Source: an uncultured Bacteroidales bacterium (lineage in GTDB: Bacteria > Bacteroidota > Bacteroidia > Bacteroidales > JAADJA01). From it: a stretch of 64,000 bases of DNA. A program made the translations under genes and the position numbers. The notes below the pieces were generated by a model. It did no database searches and was not told the DNA's origin. It saw only the letters and a list, made by a program, of their open reading frames with translations. Positions 10,600 to 20,066 of the stretch are shown here, piece by piece. Numbering within the stretch: the first letter of the stretch is position 1; the number at the start of each line of letters is the position of its first letter. Where the stretch lies: the NCBI GenBank assembly GCA_963840975.1, contig CAWJBC010000007.1, positions 20,136 through 84,135 of the forward strand, written 5' to 3'.

Positions 10600-12039
10600 A
10601 TGGTATTTAATTCTCCCGAATTTGCCCTGTTTCTGCCGGTCGTGTTTATTCTGTATTGGTTTGTTTTCCGAAAATCAGCACTGGGTCAAAATATAATTCT
10701 ATTGTCGGCAAGCATATTTTTTTATGTATGGGCTGACTGGCGGTTCCTGTTCCTGGTGCTTGCAAATGCGTTGTTCAATTTCTATCTTGGATTAAAAATC
10801 AGGGATACGCAAGAGGAAAAATCCAAACAGGGATTGCTATGGTTGGGAGTAGTGATAAATCTGGGTGTTTTAGGCTATTTCAAATATTTCAATTTCTTTT
10901 ACGATAGTTTTGCCGACCTGATTAACCTTTTTGGGGCGGACATTAATCACAGTTCGCTGAAAATAATACTTCCGCTTGGGATAAGTTTCTTTACCTTTCA
11001 AACTTTGGGTTATATCATTGATATATACAATGAAGATACTGAGCCTTGCCGGGATGTGCTGGCATTTTCGACCTATGTTTTATATTTTCCAAAGATATTG
11101 GCAGGACCCATTGAGCGCGCCCAGCGGTTCATTCCTCAGATTGAAGTTAAAAGATCGTTCGATTCGAATCTGGCATTGGATGGGTTGCGCCAAATACTCT
11201 GGGGATTATTTGCAAAAATTGTAATTGCCGACAATACAGCAGCCATCGTAAACGATATATTTAATGGTTATCAAACCCAACCTGCCAGCATGCTATTCAT
11301 CGGTGCCATTTGTTATCTGATACAGATTTATTCTGACTTTTCCGGTTATTCAAATATTGCCATTGGCGTTTCAAAACTTTTGGGAATTAAGTTGATGACA
11401 AACTTCAAGACCCCGTTTTTTTCGACCAACATCAGCGATTTTTGGAAAAAATGGCACATTTCTCTTACGGGTTGGTTGATGGATTATGTATTTACCCCTT
11501 TATCATTTATCCTGCGCAAACGTAAAAAAATTGGATTGTTTATGGCTATCATGGTGACTTTTATTTTGGTGGGGTTTTGGCATGGAGCAAACTGGACCTT
11601 TATCATGTTCGGGATTATACAGGGATTGTATTTTCTACCAATGATCATACGGGGAACAATGAACAGCTCATCGGTTATTGCACCCGGGAAATTGTTCCCT
11701 TCGTTCAAAGAATTGCTCCAGATGTCATTTTTATTCATTTTATTGTCACTTACCGCCATTTTCTTTCGTGCTGAAAATGTGGGACAGGCTTTTGGTTATA
11801 TAGCAAGTATCTTTTCTCTTTCGATTCTTACACCTCCCGATTTGAGCCAGTTAATGTTTGTAGTCCCTTTTATGGTCATTTTTATGATTATGGAATGGGT
11901 CAGCCGAAATAAAAATCATGGTCTGGAATTCAGCGGAAGGTCAGTTTATTTCAAATGGTCGGTTTATATTATTATTGGTTTTATTGTTGTGCTCGCTTAT
12001 GACAACAACCCCAATGATTTTATCTATTTGCAGTTTTAA
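10600..12039 (+). CDS. MBOAT-family membrane-bound O-acyltransferase (DltB/AlgI-like)
   Basis: 479 aa polytopic protein with the conserved MBOAT histidine context (FWKKWHISL ... GFWHGANW) and an N-terminus typical of AlgI/DltB (MVFNSPEFALFLPVVF). Confidence 0.85.
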   Translation: MVFNSPEFALFLPVVFILYWFVFRKSALGQNIILLSASIFFYVWADWRFLFLVLANALFNFYLGLKIRDTQEEKSKQGLLWLGVVINLGVLGYFKYFNFFYDSFADLINLFGADINHSSLKIILPLGISFFTFQTLGYIIDIYNEDTEPCRDVLAFSTYVLYFPKILAGPIERAQRFIPQIEVKRSFDSNLALDGLRQILWGLFAKIVIADNTAAIVNDIFNGYQTQPASMLFIGAICYLIQIYSDFSGYSNIAIGVSKLLGIKLMTNFKTPFFSTNISDFWKKWHISLTGWLMDYVFTPLSFILRKRKKIGLFMAIMVTFILVGFWHGANWTFIMFGIIQGLYFLPMIIRGTMNSSSVIAPGKLFPSFKELLQMSFLFILLSLTAIFFRAENVGQAFGYIASIFSLSILTPPDLSQLMFVVPFMVIFMIMEWVSRNKNHGLEFSGRSVYFKWSVYIIIGFIVVLAYDNNPNDFIYLQF

Positions 12040-12095
12040 AATCCGCATAGTTTCCTCCCTTATAAAATGTTCTCCCGAAAACTTATAACTTCGTT

Positions 12096-13754
12096 TTATT
12101 CACAAACAGATAATTTTGCTGCATTCAGAAATTTAAAGCCCTGCTCTTCTGTATAACACGCTTTTGTGCTGTAATGTTCCTGGTAAAATTTAGTAAAAAC
12201 AGTTTCCATAACAGACGAATTGACAATCAGGAAGTTTTCGTTTCGGACAAGCTCTGTCATTAAATTATCCCCGACTTTATGATATTTCAATATATCGTAG
12301 TAAAGAGGGGAATAGGTAAACCAATCCGTAATAATTACATTTCTCTTACTGAAATTATTGGGAGAAACGTATGCCGGAAAACCGTAAACTTCATAAATGG
12401 TTCTGAAAACGAATATTGATTCCGGATTTTGATTTATCTCAGCAAAAGCGCCATCAAACGACTTTCGTAACTGACGGTTCACATCATTTTGATGTTTGGT
12501 CACTGCAAGGCTAATCAAAATTGTAACTACTGTTAAACTGATCAAAGTGTACTTTCTGGTCGTGTTGGTGAAAATCTCATCAAAATTATAATGCGAAAAA
12601 ATGTAAAGAAGATTGACCGTTAGCAGAAAGAACCAGGTCGGTCGAAGCACACGATAATTAAGATTTTTGAAAACGACAAGAAAAATACAGATGATTGCAA
12701 CATTCAGCAGGGTCAGATAAAATATATTCCTGGTTTCTTTTTTTAGCAGGGAAATAATGAAAATCATAAGGAGGAGGAAAAAATATTTGACTGACGGGGG
12801 CTTTACAACAATTTCGTTGAATAAAGAAGTGAAGGTTTCTTTCAAACCTTTGTTCCGCTGAACCTGATGCGCATATTGAGCTAACTTTTCCTGACTGAAT
12901 ACATTTTGATCAACCCAAAACCAGCCACTTATCAATGCCCGGTCGTTTTCTGACCAACCATATTTCGCCAAAATATTTGCGGCATTATCCTGAGGAATTT
13001 TATTTTCTGAATTTAATACATATTGTGCATTGAAATACCGTGAAAAATCGGGGTCGAATTTCGTTTTATAATATTGGGCATCATAAAATTGCAGCCCAAA
13101 ACCGATGACAACAACTCCGGCAAGAATAATTGCAAAAGAAAAATTCCGGCGCTTGATAAATTCGTAAATTATCACAAATATTGAAAAGGCGAAAATTCCA
13201 TAAAAGCTCTCCTTCCGCACAAGGAACGCCATTATAAATAAAAAGAAAACAGTTCCGTAGTAAAAAAAACGAATGGGTAACTTTTTGTCAGGTGTATGAA
13301 AAATTAAAAGAAAAAGTGCTGTAAACCCGCATAAAAAAGCGATGAAAGTATAATGGATACGTATGTAAAATTCAACCCCAAAAACAAGAAAAATGATCAG
13401 AAAAGCCAGAAGGGAAAAATAGGATTTTGATTTTTTCAAAAATAAATACAATATCACCGTCATACATATAAAATTCAGTGCAGTAAGAATGAAGGTGTAC
13501 CAGTTAATGAAAGGAAAAGACCCATAAAGTCCCTGAAAAATTTTACCCAAAATTACGTTACCTATTAATAAAAATTCTGATGGCTCCCCGGTGTAAAAGC
13601 CCGAAGCTGCCAACATTACATAAACATCATCCAAACCTATGGTAGGTGTTAGAGCGATGATTACCAATAAAAATAAGAACAGGTTTATTACCAGAGAAAT
13701 GATCAGACTGTTTCGTGACAATAATTCTTTCGTGAAATTATTTGTCATTTTCAT
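12096..13754 (-). CDS. Polytopic membrane protein, GT-C-like (ArnT/GtrC-type) candidate glycosyltransferase
   Basis: About 12 predicted hydrophobic helices. A DD motif follows directly after TM1 (TPTIGLDDVY), as in the first periplasmic loop of GT-C enzymes. Soluble C-terminal domain. The gene overlaps wecE by 17 nt and so is in the same operon. Confidence 0.45.
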   Translation of the reverse strand: MKMTNNFTKELLSRNSLIISLVINLFLFLLVIIALTPTIGLDDVYVMLAASGFYTGEPSEFLLIGNVILGKIFQGLYGSFPFINWYTFILTALNFICMTVILYLFLKKSKSYFSLLAFLIIFLVFGVEFYIRIHYTFIAFLCGFTALFLLIFHTPDKKLPIRFFYYGTVFFLFIMAFLVRKESFYGIFAFSIFVIIYEFIKRRNFSFAIILAGVVVIGFGLQFYDAQYYKTKFDPDFSRYFNAQYVLNSENKIPQDNAANILAKYGWSENDRALISGWFWVDQNVFSQEKLAQYAHQVQRNKGLKETFTSLFNEIVVKPPSVKYFFLLLMIFIISLLKKETRNIFYLTLLNVAIICIFLVVFKNLNYRVLRPTWFFLLTVNLLYIFSHYNFDEIFTNTTRKYTLISLTVVTILISLAVTKHQNDVNRQLRKSFDGAFAEINQNPESIFVFRTIYEVYGFPAYVSPNNFSKRNVIITDWFTYSPLYYDILKYHKVGDNLMTELVRNENFLIVNSSVMETVFTKFYQEHYSTKACYTEEQGFKFLNAAKLSVCE

Positions 13755-14877
13755 AAAAATCTAAAATTTTATGAATAACGAAATCCTGTTCATCTTTCGA
13801 AAGCTCATAGTACAAAGGCAATCGCAGCAATCTTTGCTCATACGAATCGCACCATTCCAAATCCCTACCATCGTGTTTTTCGGCGTAGAACTTCGATTTA
13901 TGAAGCGACAGATAATGAAATACACTCAGAATATTATTTGATTTGAGAAATTCAATCAATTTCGATCTCGTTTCAATATCCGAGCAAAGGATATAAAACA
14001 TGTGGGCGTTGTTGGTGGCAAATTCAGGAAGGACCGGCAATGAAATTTTACCCTTTTGTTCTAATGGTCTCAAACCGTTGTAATAACTGTTCCATTTGTC
14101 AATCCTGGTTTTCTGTATATCGTCAATGTTCTCAATCTGTGCATAAAGATAAGCCGCGATAATATCCGAAGGCAGAAATGAAGAGCCAATATCAACCCAA
14201 CCGTATTTGTTGATTTCGCCCCTGAAAAACTGCGCCCTGTCAGTCCCCTTTTCCCATATAATCTCAGACCTTGCAATAAACCGCTCATCATTTACAGCCA
14301 ACAGACCGCCTTCACCCGATGAAATATTTTTAGTTTCATGGAATGAAAACGCTCCGAAATGCCCAATACTGCCCAAATATTTTCCTTTGTATTTCGATTC
14401 AATAGCTTGAGCAGCATCTTCAACAACAAAAATATTATGTTTATTAGCGATTGCCATTATTTTATCCATGTCGCAGGCAATACCAGCATAATGAACCACA
14501 ACTATCGCTTTTGTTTTGGGCGTTATTAATTCCTCAATTCTGTTTTCGTCAATGTTCGGAAGGTCGGACCGGCTGTCGGCAAATACGATTTTGGCTCCCT
14601 GACGAATATACGCCAGTGCAGTTGAAACGAAAGTATAAGAAGGCACAATGATTTCGTCGCCGGGTTCAACATTCATCAGGAGCGCCGTCATTTCTAAAGC
14701 ATCCGTGCAGGAGGAAGCCAATAAGGCTTTTTTAAACCCGTATTTCTTTTCGAAAAACTGGTGACATTTCTTTGTATAGGTACCATTTCCTGATATTTTT
14801 CCGGAGTAAACCGCCTGGTAAATATAGTGCGCTTCTTTTCCAGTGAGATAAGGTTTGTTAAATGGAATTGGATTCAT
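13738..14877 (-). CDS. wecE: dTDP-4-amino-4,6-dideoxygalactose transaminase (DegT/WecE family)
   Basis: Near-colinear with E. coli WecE by eye: IPFNKPYLTGKE, SCTDALEMTALL, PSYTFVSTA, VHYAGIACDMD, VVEDAAQA, FSFHETKN (PLP lysine), REKGTDRAQFFRG, NAHMFYI, LRLPLYYEL. Confidence 0.85.
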   Translation of the reverse strand: MNPIPFNKPYLTGKEAHYIYQAVYSGKISGNGTYTKKCHQFFEKKYGFKKALLASSCTDALEMTALLMNVEPGDEIIVPSYTFVSTALAYIRQGAKIVFADSRSDLPNIDENRIEELITPKTKAIVVVHYAGIACDMDKIMAIANKHNIFVVEDAAQAIESKYKGKYLGSIGHFGAFSFHETKNISSGEGGLLAVNDERFIARSEIIWEKGTDRAQFFRGEINKYGWVDIGSSFLPSDIIAAYLYAQIENIDDIQKTRIDKWNSYYNGLRPLEQKGKISLPVLPEFATNNAHMFYILCSDIETRSKLIEFLKSNNILSVFHYLSLHKSKFYAEKHDGRDLEWCDSYEQRLLRLPLYYELSKDEQDFVIHKILDFYENDK

Positions 14878-14933
14878 CGTTTTCTGATTTTAATGATTGC
14901 TAAATTTAAAAATTCGTATGATTAAAGGCGTTT

Positions 14934-15648
14934 TCACGCATCTTTAAAAAAGTGATAGACATGGGTAATGATATCTACTTCGTATCCGTTTTTTTTATAA
15001 AAATTACATGCAAGGGTATTGTCTAACTGAGTCGCAACTTTTAAAGTGTTTTCCTTATGGGATAAAACAAAATCTTCGGTATGCCGAATAAGTTTGGATC
15101 CTATTTCCATTCCCCTAAATTTATTGTTTACGGCTATCAACCCTATTTCACCGAAATGATCTTTCATCGCAAGCGTAATAAATCCCGCTATTTCATTACT
15201 CGCCTTGAAAATAAAAACTTTGTCGGCAGATTTTCCATTTACTGAATTTTCTATCCAGATGGTATAAAGCCTTTCAAAAGATTGAACAGGTAACCTGCCA
15301 TCAATTTTAAATCTTGAGTATTCACCACTTTGAAATGCCAGATTTTTAAGTTCATCACTTACAATTTCGGATTTGTATTCGTCAATTTCCGGTATCGAAA
15401 CGGAATGCATTTTGCGAAGTGATTTTTTAAAAATAACTTTTTTATCAACCAAAAGCCCGTTGTACTTAGTTATAAGGTCGTTGTTTTCAATGGGTTCTGA
15501 GGTAAAAACATAAATGAGTTTTGCTCCCGACTCATAAGCATCGGAAATGACCGTACTCAATCTCTTTTTCGTTTTGCTCTGCAATCCTTGCTGCACTCAC
15601 ATTGAATCCAAAGAAATTGCTGTCCCAGGATAAAAATTCATGTTTCAT
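14934..15648 (-). pseudogene. wecD: dTDP-fucosamine acetyltransferase (WecD-like GNAT) with a 1-nt frameshift
   Basis: The ATG at 15648 overlaps the GT2 stop (ATGA). That frame gives MKHEFLSWDSNFFGFNVSAARIAEQNEK (WecD N-terminal signature) and stops at 15532..15534. ORF 14934..15596 continues in the next frame through the GNAT core (AVNNKFRGMEIGSKLI). Removing one A from the A5 run (plus-strand T5, 15565..15569) joins them. Confidence 0.7.
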
Positions 15649-16571
15649 TCAATATTGATTTTTTCTTTAATAATATAGGTAGGTCTTCCTTTCACTTTCT
15701 CAAATGTTTTTCCGATGTACATCCCGACGATTCCTAAAATAAAAATTAAAATACCCGATAAAAACCATATTGATAAAATCAAACTGGTGAAACCCATTAT
15801 GGCAATCTCTCCGCTAAGGTATTTGTAAATAAAATAGAACCCAAAGAACAGCGATACAAGTGAAATAACCAGACCAAACTTAATAGTCAACCTCAAGGGT
15901 TTGTCCGAGAAGGCAATGATATTATTAAATGCGAGGTTGAACAATTTGCCAAAGGAATAGGATGATTTTCCTGTTTCCCTTTTTGAATGCTTCACCTCCA
16001 TATAGGCTTTATTGAAACCCACCCATTGCGACATAGTTGGGAAATAGCGAATGTGGTCTTTCATACCCAAAATGGCATCTATTACTTTACGGTGATAGAT
16101 TCCAAAATTGCCAATGGTATGATCTTGTTTGGTGTCAGTTAAATAGCTGAATACAGAATAAAAGGCTTTGGATGATACCTTTTTTACAAACGTATCTTTT
16201 CTGACTATTCGCTGGGCAAGGACAATTTCATAACCCTCCTGTGCTTTACTGTAAAGCCTGATAATCTCTTCCGGCTGGTCCTGTAAATCGCCGTCCATTA
16301 CGACTACCCATTCACCCTGTGAAAAATCAAGTCCGGCAGTAATTGCATAATGCTGTCCAAAATTGCGGCTGAAATTCAATCCTTTTATTCTTTTATCCTC
16401 CCTCGAAATTTTAGAAACGACTTCCCAATCATTTTGCGGACTTGCATCATTTACATAGATAATTTCGAAATCCTCTGTTATAGTGGAAATTGATTTTTTA
16501 AGTAAATCCGTTAAGGTAACAATAGATTCACGGCATTTGTACAGAGGAATAACAATGGAGATTTGTACCAT
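15645..16571 (-). CDS. GT2 polyprenyl-phosphate glycosyltransferase (ArnC/GtrB/DPM1-like)
   Basis: GT2 N-terminus (ISIVIPLYKC, YVNDASPQND, VVMDGDLQD) plus two C-terminal TM helices, the ArnC/GtrB architecture. Confidence 0.8.
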   Translation of the reverse strand: MVQISIVIPLYKCRESIVTLTDLLKKSISTITEDFEIIYVNDASPQNDWEVVSKISREDKRIKGLNFSRNFGQHYAITAGLDFSQGEWVVVMDGDLQDQPEEIIRLYSKAQEGYEIVLAQRIVRKDTFVKKVSSKAFYSVFSYLTDTKQDHTIGNFGIYHRKVIDAILGMKDHIRYFPTMSQWVGFNKAYMEVKHSKRETGKSSYSFGKLFNLAFNNIIAFSDKPLRLTIKFGLVISLVSLFFGFYFIYKYLSGEIAIMGFTSLILSIWFLSGILIFILGIVGMYIGKTFEKVKGRPTYIIKEKINIE

Positions 16572-16972
16572 AGTTTTTGATTATTTAGATTGACTTAAAC
16601 ATAATTCCATATATCGTTGTTCAATTGACATTTTGTAATTTTCTACGCATTTCGCCGCTGCTTAGTTGCATAAATCAAAACCGGTAAATAATTTTAAGAG
16701 TCTCTTTCTTTTCATTACAAAATTAGGCTTACCCAATCAATAAATGAAGTTTTATTAAACAATTAACAACTTTTATCTCTTTAGGTTGTTCAATAAGTAT
16801 TCAATTTTTAGATGCACACATTGCAAGAAATTATTTTTTCTAAGATGTTTAACAGATGGGAATTGAAATGAAATAAATAGAAATTTTACGGGATTGTTAA
16901 GGTAAACCCTGGAAGAAAATTTTCGTATGAATCATCAGATTTACTAATATAAAGTTAATTCTATTCAGTATC

Positions 16973-19900
16973 ATGAAGAGACAATTTTGCATATTACTTA
17001 TTCTTAATCTTGTTATAATCAGCCAATTTGCTTTTGCACAGGTTACTTTACCCTGGAACGAAGGTTTTGAAAATGCAGGAACTGTAACAACATTTTATAA
17101 AGATACCAAACCTATCAATGGATTACCTCAGTGGAGTTATGATGAAGTAAATTTTTATGGCAGGTTAAGATTTAATGCAGGAAGCGGATATTATCATACA
17201 GGATCAAAAGCTGCTACAATGGACAGACTTGAATTAAATTATTATGCTGTTAATACAAACTATTTAACGGCAGAATTAGATTTAAGTAAATATTCCTTAT
17301 CCAGCGACTTACAATTATCCTTTTACCACATGCACCACGATGCCATCTGGTTTATCCATTCCAACCAGGATAAAGCATACATCAGGGGTAGCCGGGCAGA
17401 TAAATGGATTGAAATCTACGATTTTCTATCCCACGAGGGAGATGCCGGGGTGTGGAATCAGGTTACGGGAATTGATATTGACAACCTCCTGGCTCAGGCA
17501 AATCCGCCTCAGCGGGTTTCTTCAACGTTCCAGTTGAGATTCAAGCAATATGGTTCAAATTATACCACTAGTACGGAGTATTACCAGGGCAGGACCATTG
17601 ATGATATTCAAATAACAGGAACTTTATGCGGACATCCGCCTGTATTTGAGGCTAAAGTTGAATCCTCAACACAAATTGATTTAACATGGACACATAATCA
17701 GGGAAATAATAACGTGTTGATTGCTTTTAATTCATCAAATACATTTGGAACTCCGGCAAACGGAACTGTTTATAGTCCGGGAAACACGATTCCCGGTGGC
17801 GGAACAGTGTTGTATTATGGTTCATTGCTTAATTTTAGTCACGCCGGATTAAATCCTAATGCTGCATATTTTTATAAAGCATGGTCATATACAGGAAGTA
17901 CCTACACTTGTGGGATTACGAGTAATGCAACTACACCCTGCCTTCCGGTAGTTTCCTTTCCATTTGCTGAGGGTTTTGAAAATGGTGGTAATATCCCTTC
18001 TTGCTGGCGACAGGAATATATTTCAGGAATTAAGCCCAATTGGATTTTCAGAAATGGAAGTATGGGTGGGGCACATCCTGCTAATGCACACTCGGGCTCA
18101 TATAATGCCTGCCTGCAGGACACTGAGGATGATGCAGGCATTACTTTATTGATTTCCCCGCCTCTTGACCTAACAGGACTTTCCCCGGTTCTTACTTTTT
18201 GGTTTACACAGGAAGTTTGGATGTCAGACCAGGATGAACTTAGCATATATTACAAAGACAGCGCTAAGGGTGCATGGACAATTTTACAAACATGGATTAC
18301 CAGTCATCAAACCTGGACACAGGCAGGAATTACTTTACCAAATACCAGCAATACATCTTATATAGCTTTTGGCGGAAATGCTAAATATGGACGAGGAATA
18401 TGTATTGATGATGTTGAAATCAGTGGCCGGGTGTTGTCAACATGGACCGGAAATACTTCTGCAGACTGGAGTGTAGCATCAAACTGGAATAATTCATTAA
18501 TCCCTGATGCAGGAACAGATGTTATAATTCCAACTTCACCTTCGGGCGGGAATTTCCCGGAAATTAATTCTTTACCGGTTGCCAATTGTTTTGACCTTAC
18601 CATTCAAAGTGGGGCTCACCTTTATGTACCTGTCAATAAAGCTTTAACCGTTAACGGGTTTGTAACCAATAATGCCGGCGAAACGGGACTAATTATAAAA
18701 TCAAATGTGTCAGGCACAGGATCTTTGATTCATTCCACACCGGACATTGACGCTACTGTTGAACGGTTTTTAACAAAAATGAAATGGCACTTAATCGGTA
18801 TGCCCATTGAAAGCGGGTTAGCAGGAATTTTTGATCTGCCTCCCGGACAATCCGATATTTATTTAAAAACACATATCGAATCAACAAATACCTGGGGATC
18901 ATTTATCGTTCCTGTAAATTATCCGCTCACACAAGGCCGCGGATATGAGTGCTGGGTAGGCGATCCCTATGGGTATCAGAATGATGAAACCATCGTTTTC
19001 GCCGGGAAATTAAATGCAGGAGATTATACCACAGGAACGGGAAGTTTTTATGACCTTGAATTTACACCCGGACACGGTCTGAATTTGATCTGTAACCCTT
19101 ATCCGTCAGCCATAGAAGCTAATCTCAGAAGCTGGAACCGGAATAAGGTTACCGGTTCTGTTTGGACATGGGACCCGGGAATCGGGAATTACCGGGTTTG
19201 GAATAGCCGGGATGAACTCTCAAATGGCGGCTTGGGGACACTTTCAGGCGGCATCGTTCCATCCATGCAGGCATTCTTTGTCCTTGCTACGGGAACGAAC
19301 CCATCCATCACCATTCCTCAAAACAGCAGGGTTCATAATAATCAACCCTATTATAAAGATTCCGAATTGCCTGTAAATACCTTGTTACTCGAAGTTAATG
19401 GCAATGGTTATCAGGATGCTGTGATCGTCAATTTCGATGAATTAGCCACCGATGCGTTTGATTTGGATTATGATGTTGAAAAAATATTTGGCATTGAAGA
19501 AGCTCCGCAAATTTACTCCAAGATTATTGGTAAAAATCTCACAATTAATTCCCTTCCTTATATCACAGATTACAAAGTGGTAGATGTCTCTTTTGATTGC
19601 TCAATGACTTCATTATACACCTTGGAAGCTTCTGGTATGAATGGTTTTGAAGGCAGCAGTGAAGTTTATCTGGAAGATTTGAAAGAAAATGTTCTGGTGG
19701 ATTTAAATGAACAATCAAACTACTCTTTTAGCTACAATTCTGAAGAAAATCCTGACAGGTTTTTGTTACATTTTGGGAAACCATTTGGGATCAATGATGC
19801 TGAAACCAGCCAAATTTCAATTTATTCAAATAAAGATATGGTTTACATTCAAACGAAATCCAACGAGCTGACTAAAGTTTCCATTTGTGATATATTAGGA

Positions 19901-20032
19901 AAAGAGATCACTCAGTACGAATCGTCAAATGAGAATCCTATCAGAATCAGAGTAACAAGCGGAACGGGTTATTACCTGATTAAAGTTCAGACGGGTAAGC
20001 GGCTTTTTACAGAAAAAGTTTTTATTAATTAA
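16973..20032 (+). CDS. Secreted T9SS cargo protein of unknown function
   Basis: Signal peptide (ILLILNLVIISQFAFAQ). Two N-terminal modules each open with (L/F)P(W/F)xEGFEN. C-terminal type-A CTD (YYLIKVQTGKRLFTEKVFIN). Confidence 0.7.
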   Translation: MKRQFCILLILNLVIISQFAFAQVTLPWNEGFENAGTVTTFYKDTKPINGLPQWSYDEVNFYGRLRFNAGSGYYHTGSKAATMDRLELNYYAVNTNYLTAELDLSKYSLSSDLQLSFYHMHHDAIWFIHSNQDKAYIRGSRADKWIEIYDFLSHEGDAGVWNQVTGIDIDNLLAQANPPQRVSSTFQLRFKQYGSNYTTSTEYYQGRTIDDIQITGTLCGHPPVFEAKVESSTQIDLTWTHNQGNNNVLIAFNSSNTFGTPANGTVYSPGNTIPGGGTVLYYGSLLNFSHAGLNPNAAYFYKAWSYTGSTYTCGITSNATTPCLPVVSFPFAEGFENGGNIPSCWRQEYISGIKPNWIFRNGSMGGAHPANAHSGSYNACLQDTEDDAGITLLISPPLDLTGLSPVLTFWFTQEVWMSDQDELSIYYKDSAKGAWTILQTWITSHQTWTQAGITLPNTSNTSYIAFGGNAKYGRGICIDDVEISGRVLSTWTGNTSADWSVASNWNNSLIPDAGTDVIIPTSPSGGNFPEINSLPVANCFDLTIQSGAHLYVPVNKALTVNGFVTNNAGETGLIIKSNVSGTGSLIHSTPDIDATVERFLTKMKWHLIGMPIESGLAGIFDLPPGQSDIYLKTHIESTNTWGSFIVPVNYPLTQGRGYECWVGDPYGYQNDETIVFAGKLNAGDYTTGTGSFYDLEFTPGHGLNLICNPYPSAIEANLRSWNRNKVTGSVWTWDPGIGNYRVWNSRDELSNGGLGTLSGGIVPSMQAFFVLATGTNPSITIPQNSRVHNNQPYYKDSELPVNTLLLEVNGNGYQDAVIVNFDELATDAFDLDYDVEKIFGIEEAPQIYSKIIGKNLTINSLPYITDYKVVDVSFDCSMTSLYTLEASGMNGFEGSSEVYLEDLKENVLVDLNEQSNYSFSYNSEENPDRFLLHFGKPFGINDAETSQISIYSNKDMVYIQTKSNELTKVSICDILGKEITQYESSNENPIRIRVTSGTGYYLIKVQTGKRLFTEKVFIN

Positions 20033-20066
20033 AGTTTAAACTCAAAGTGATTTAATATTAATTTCT

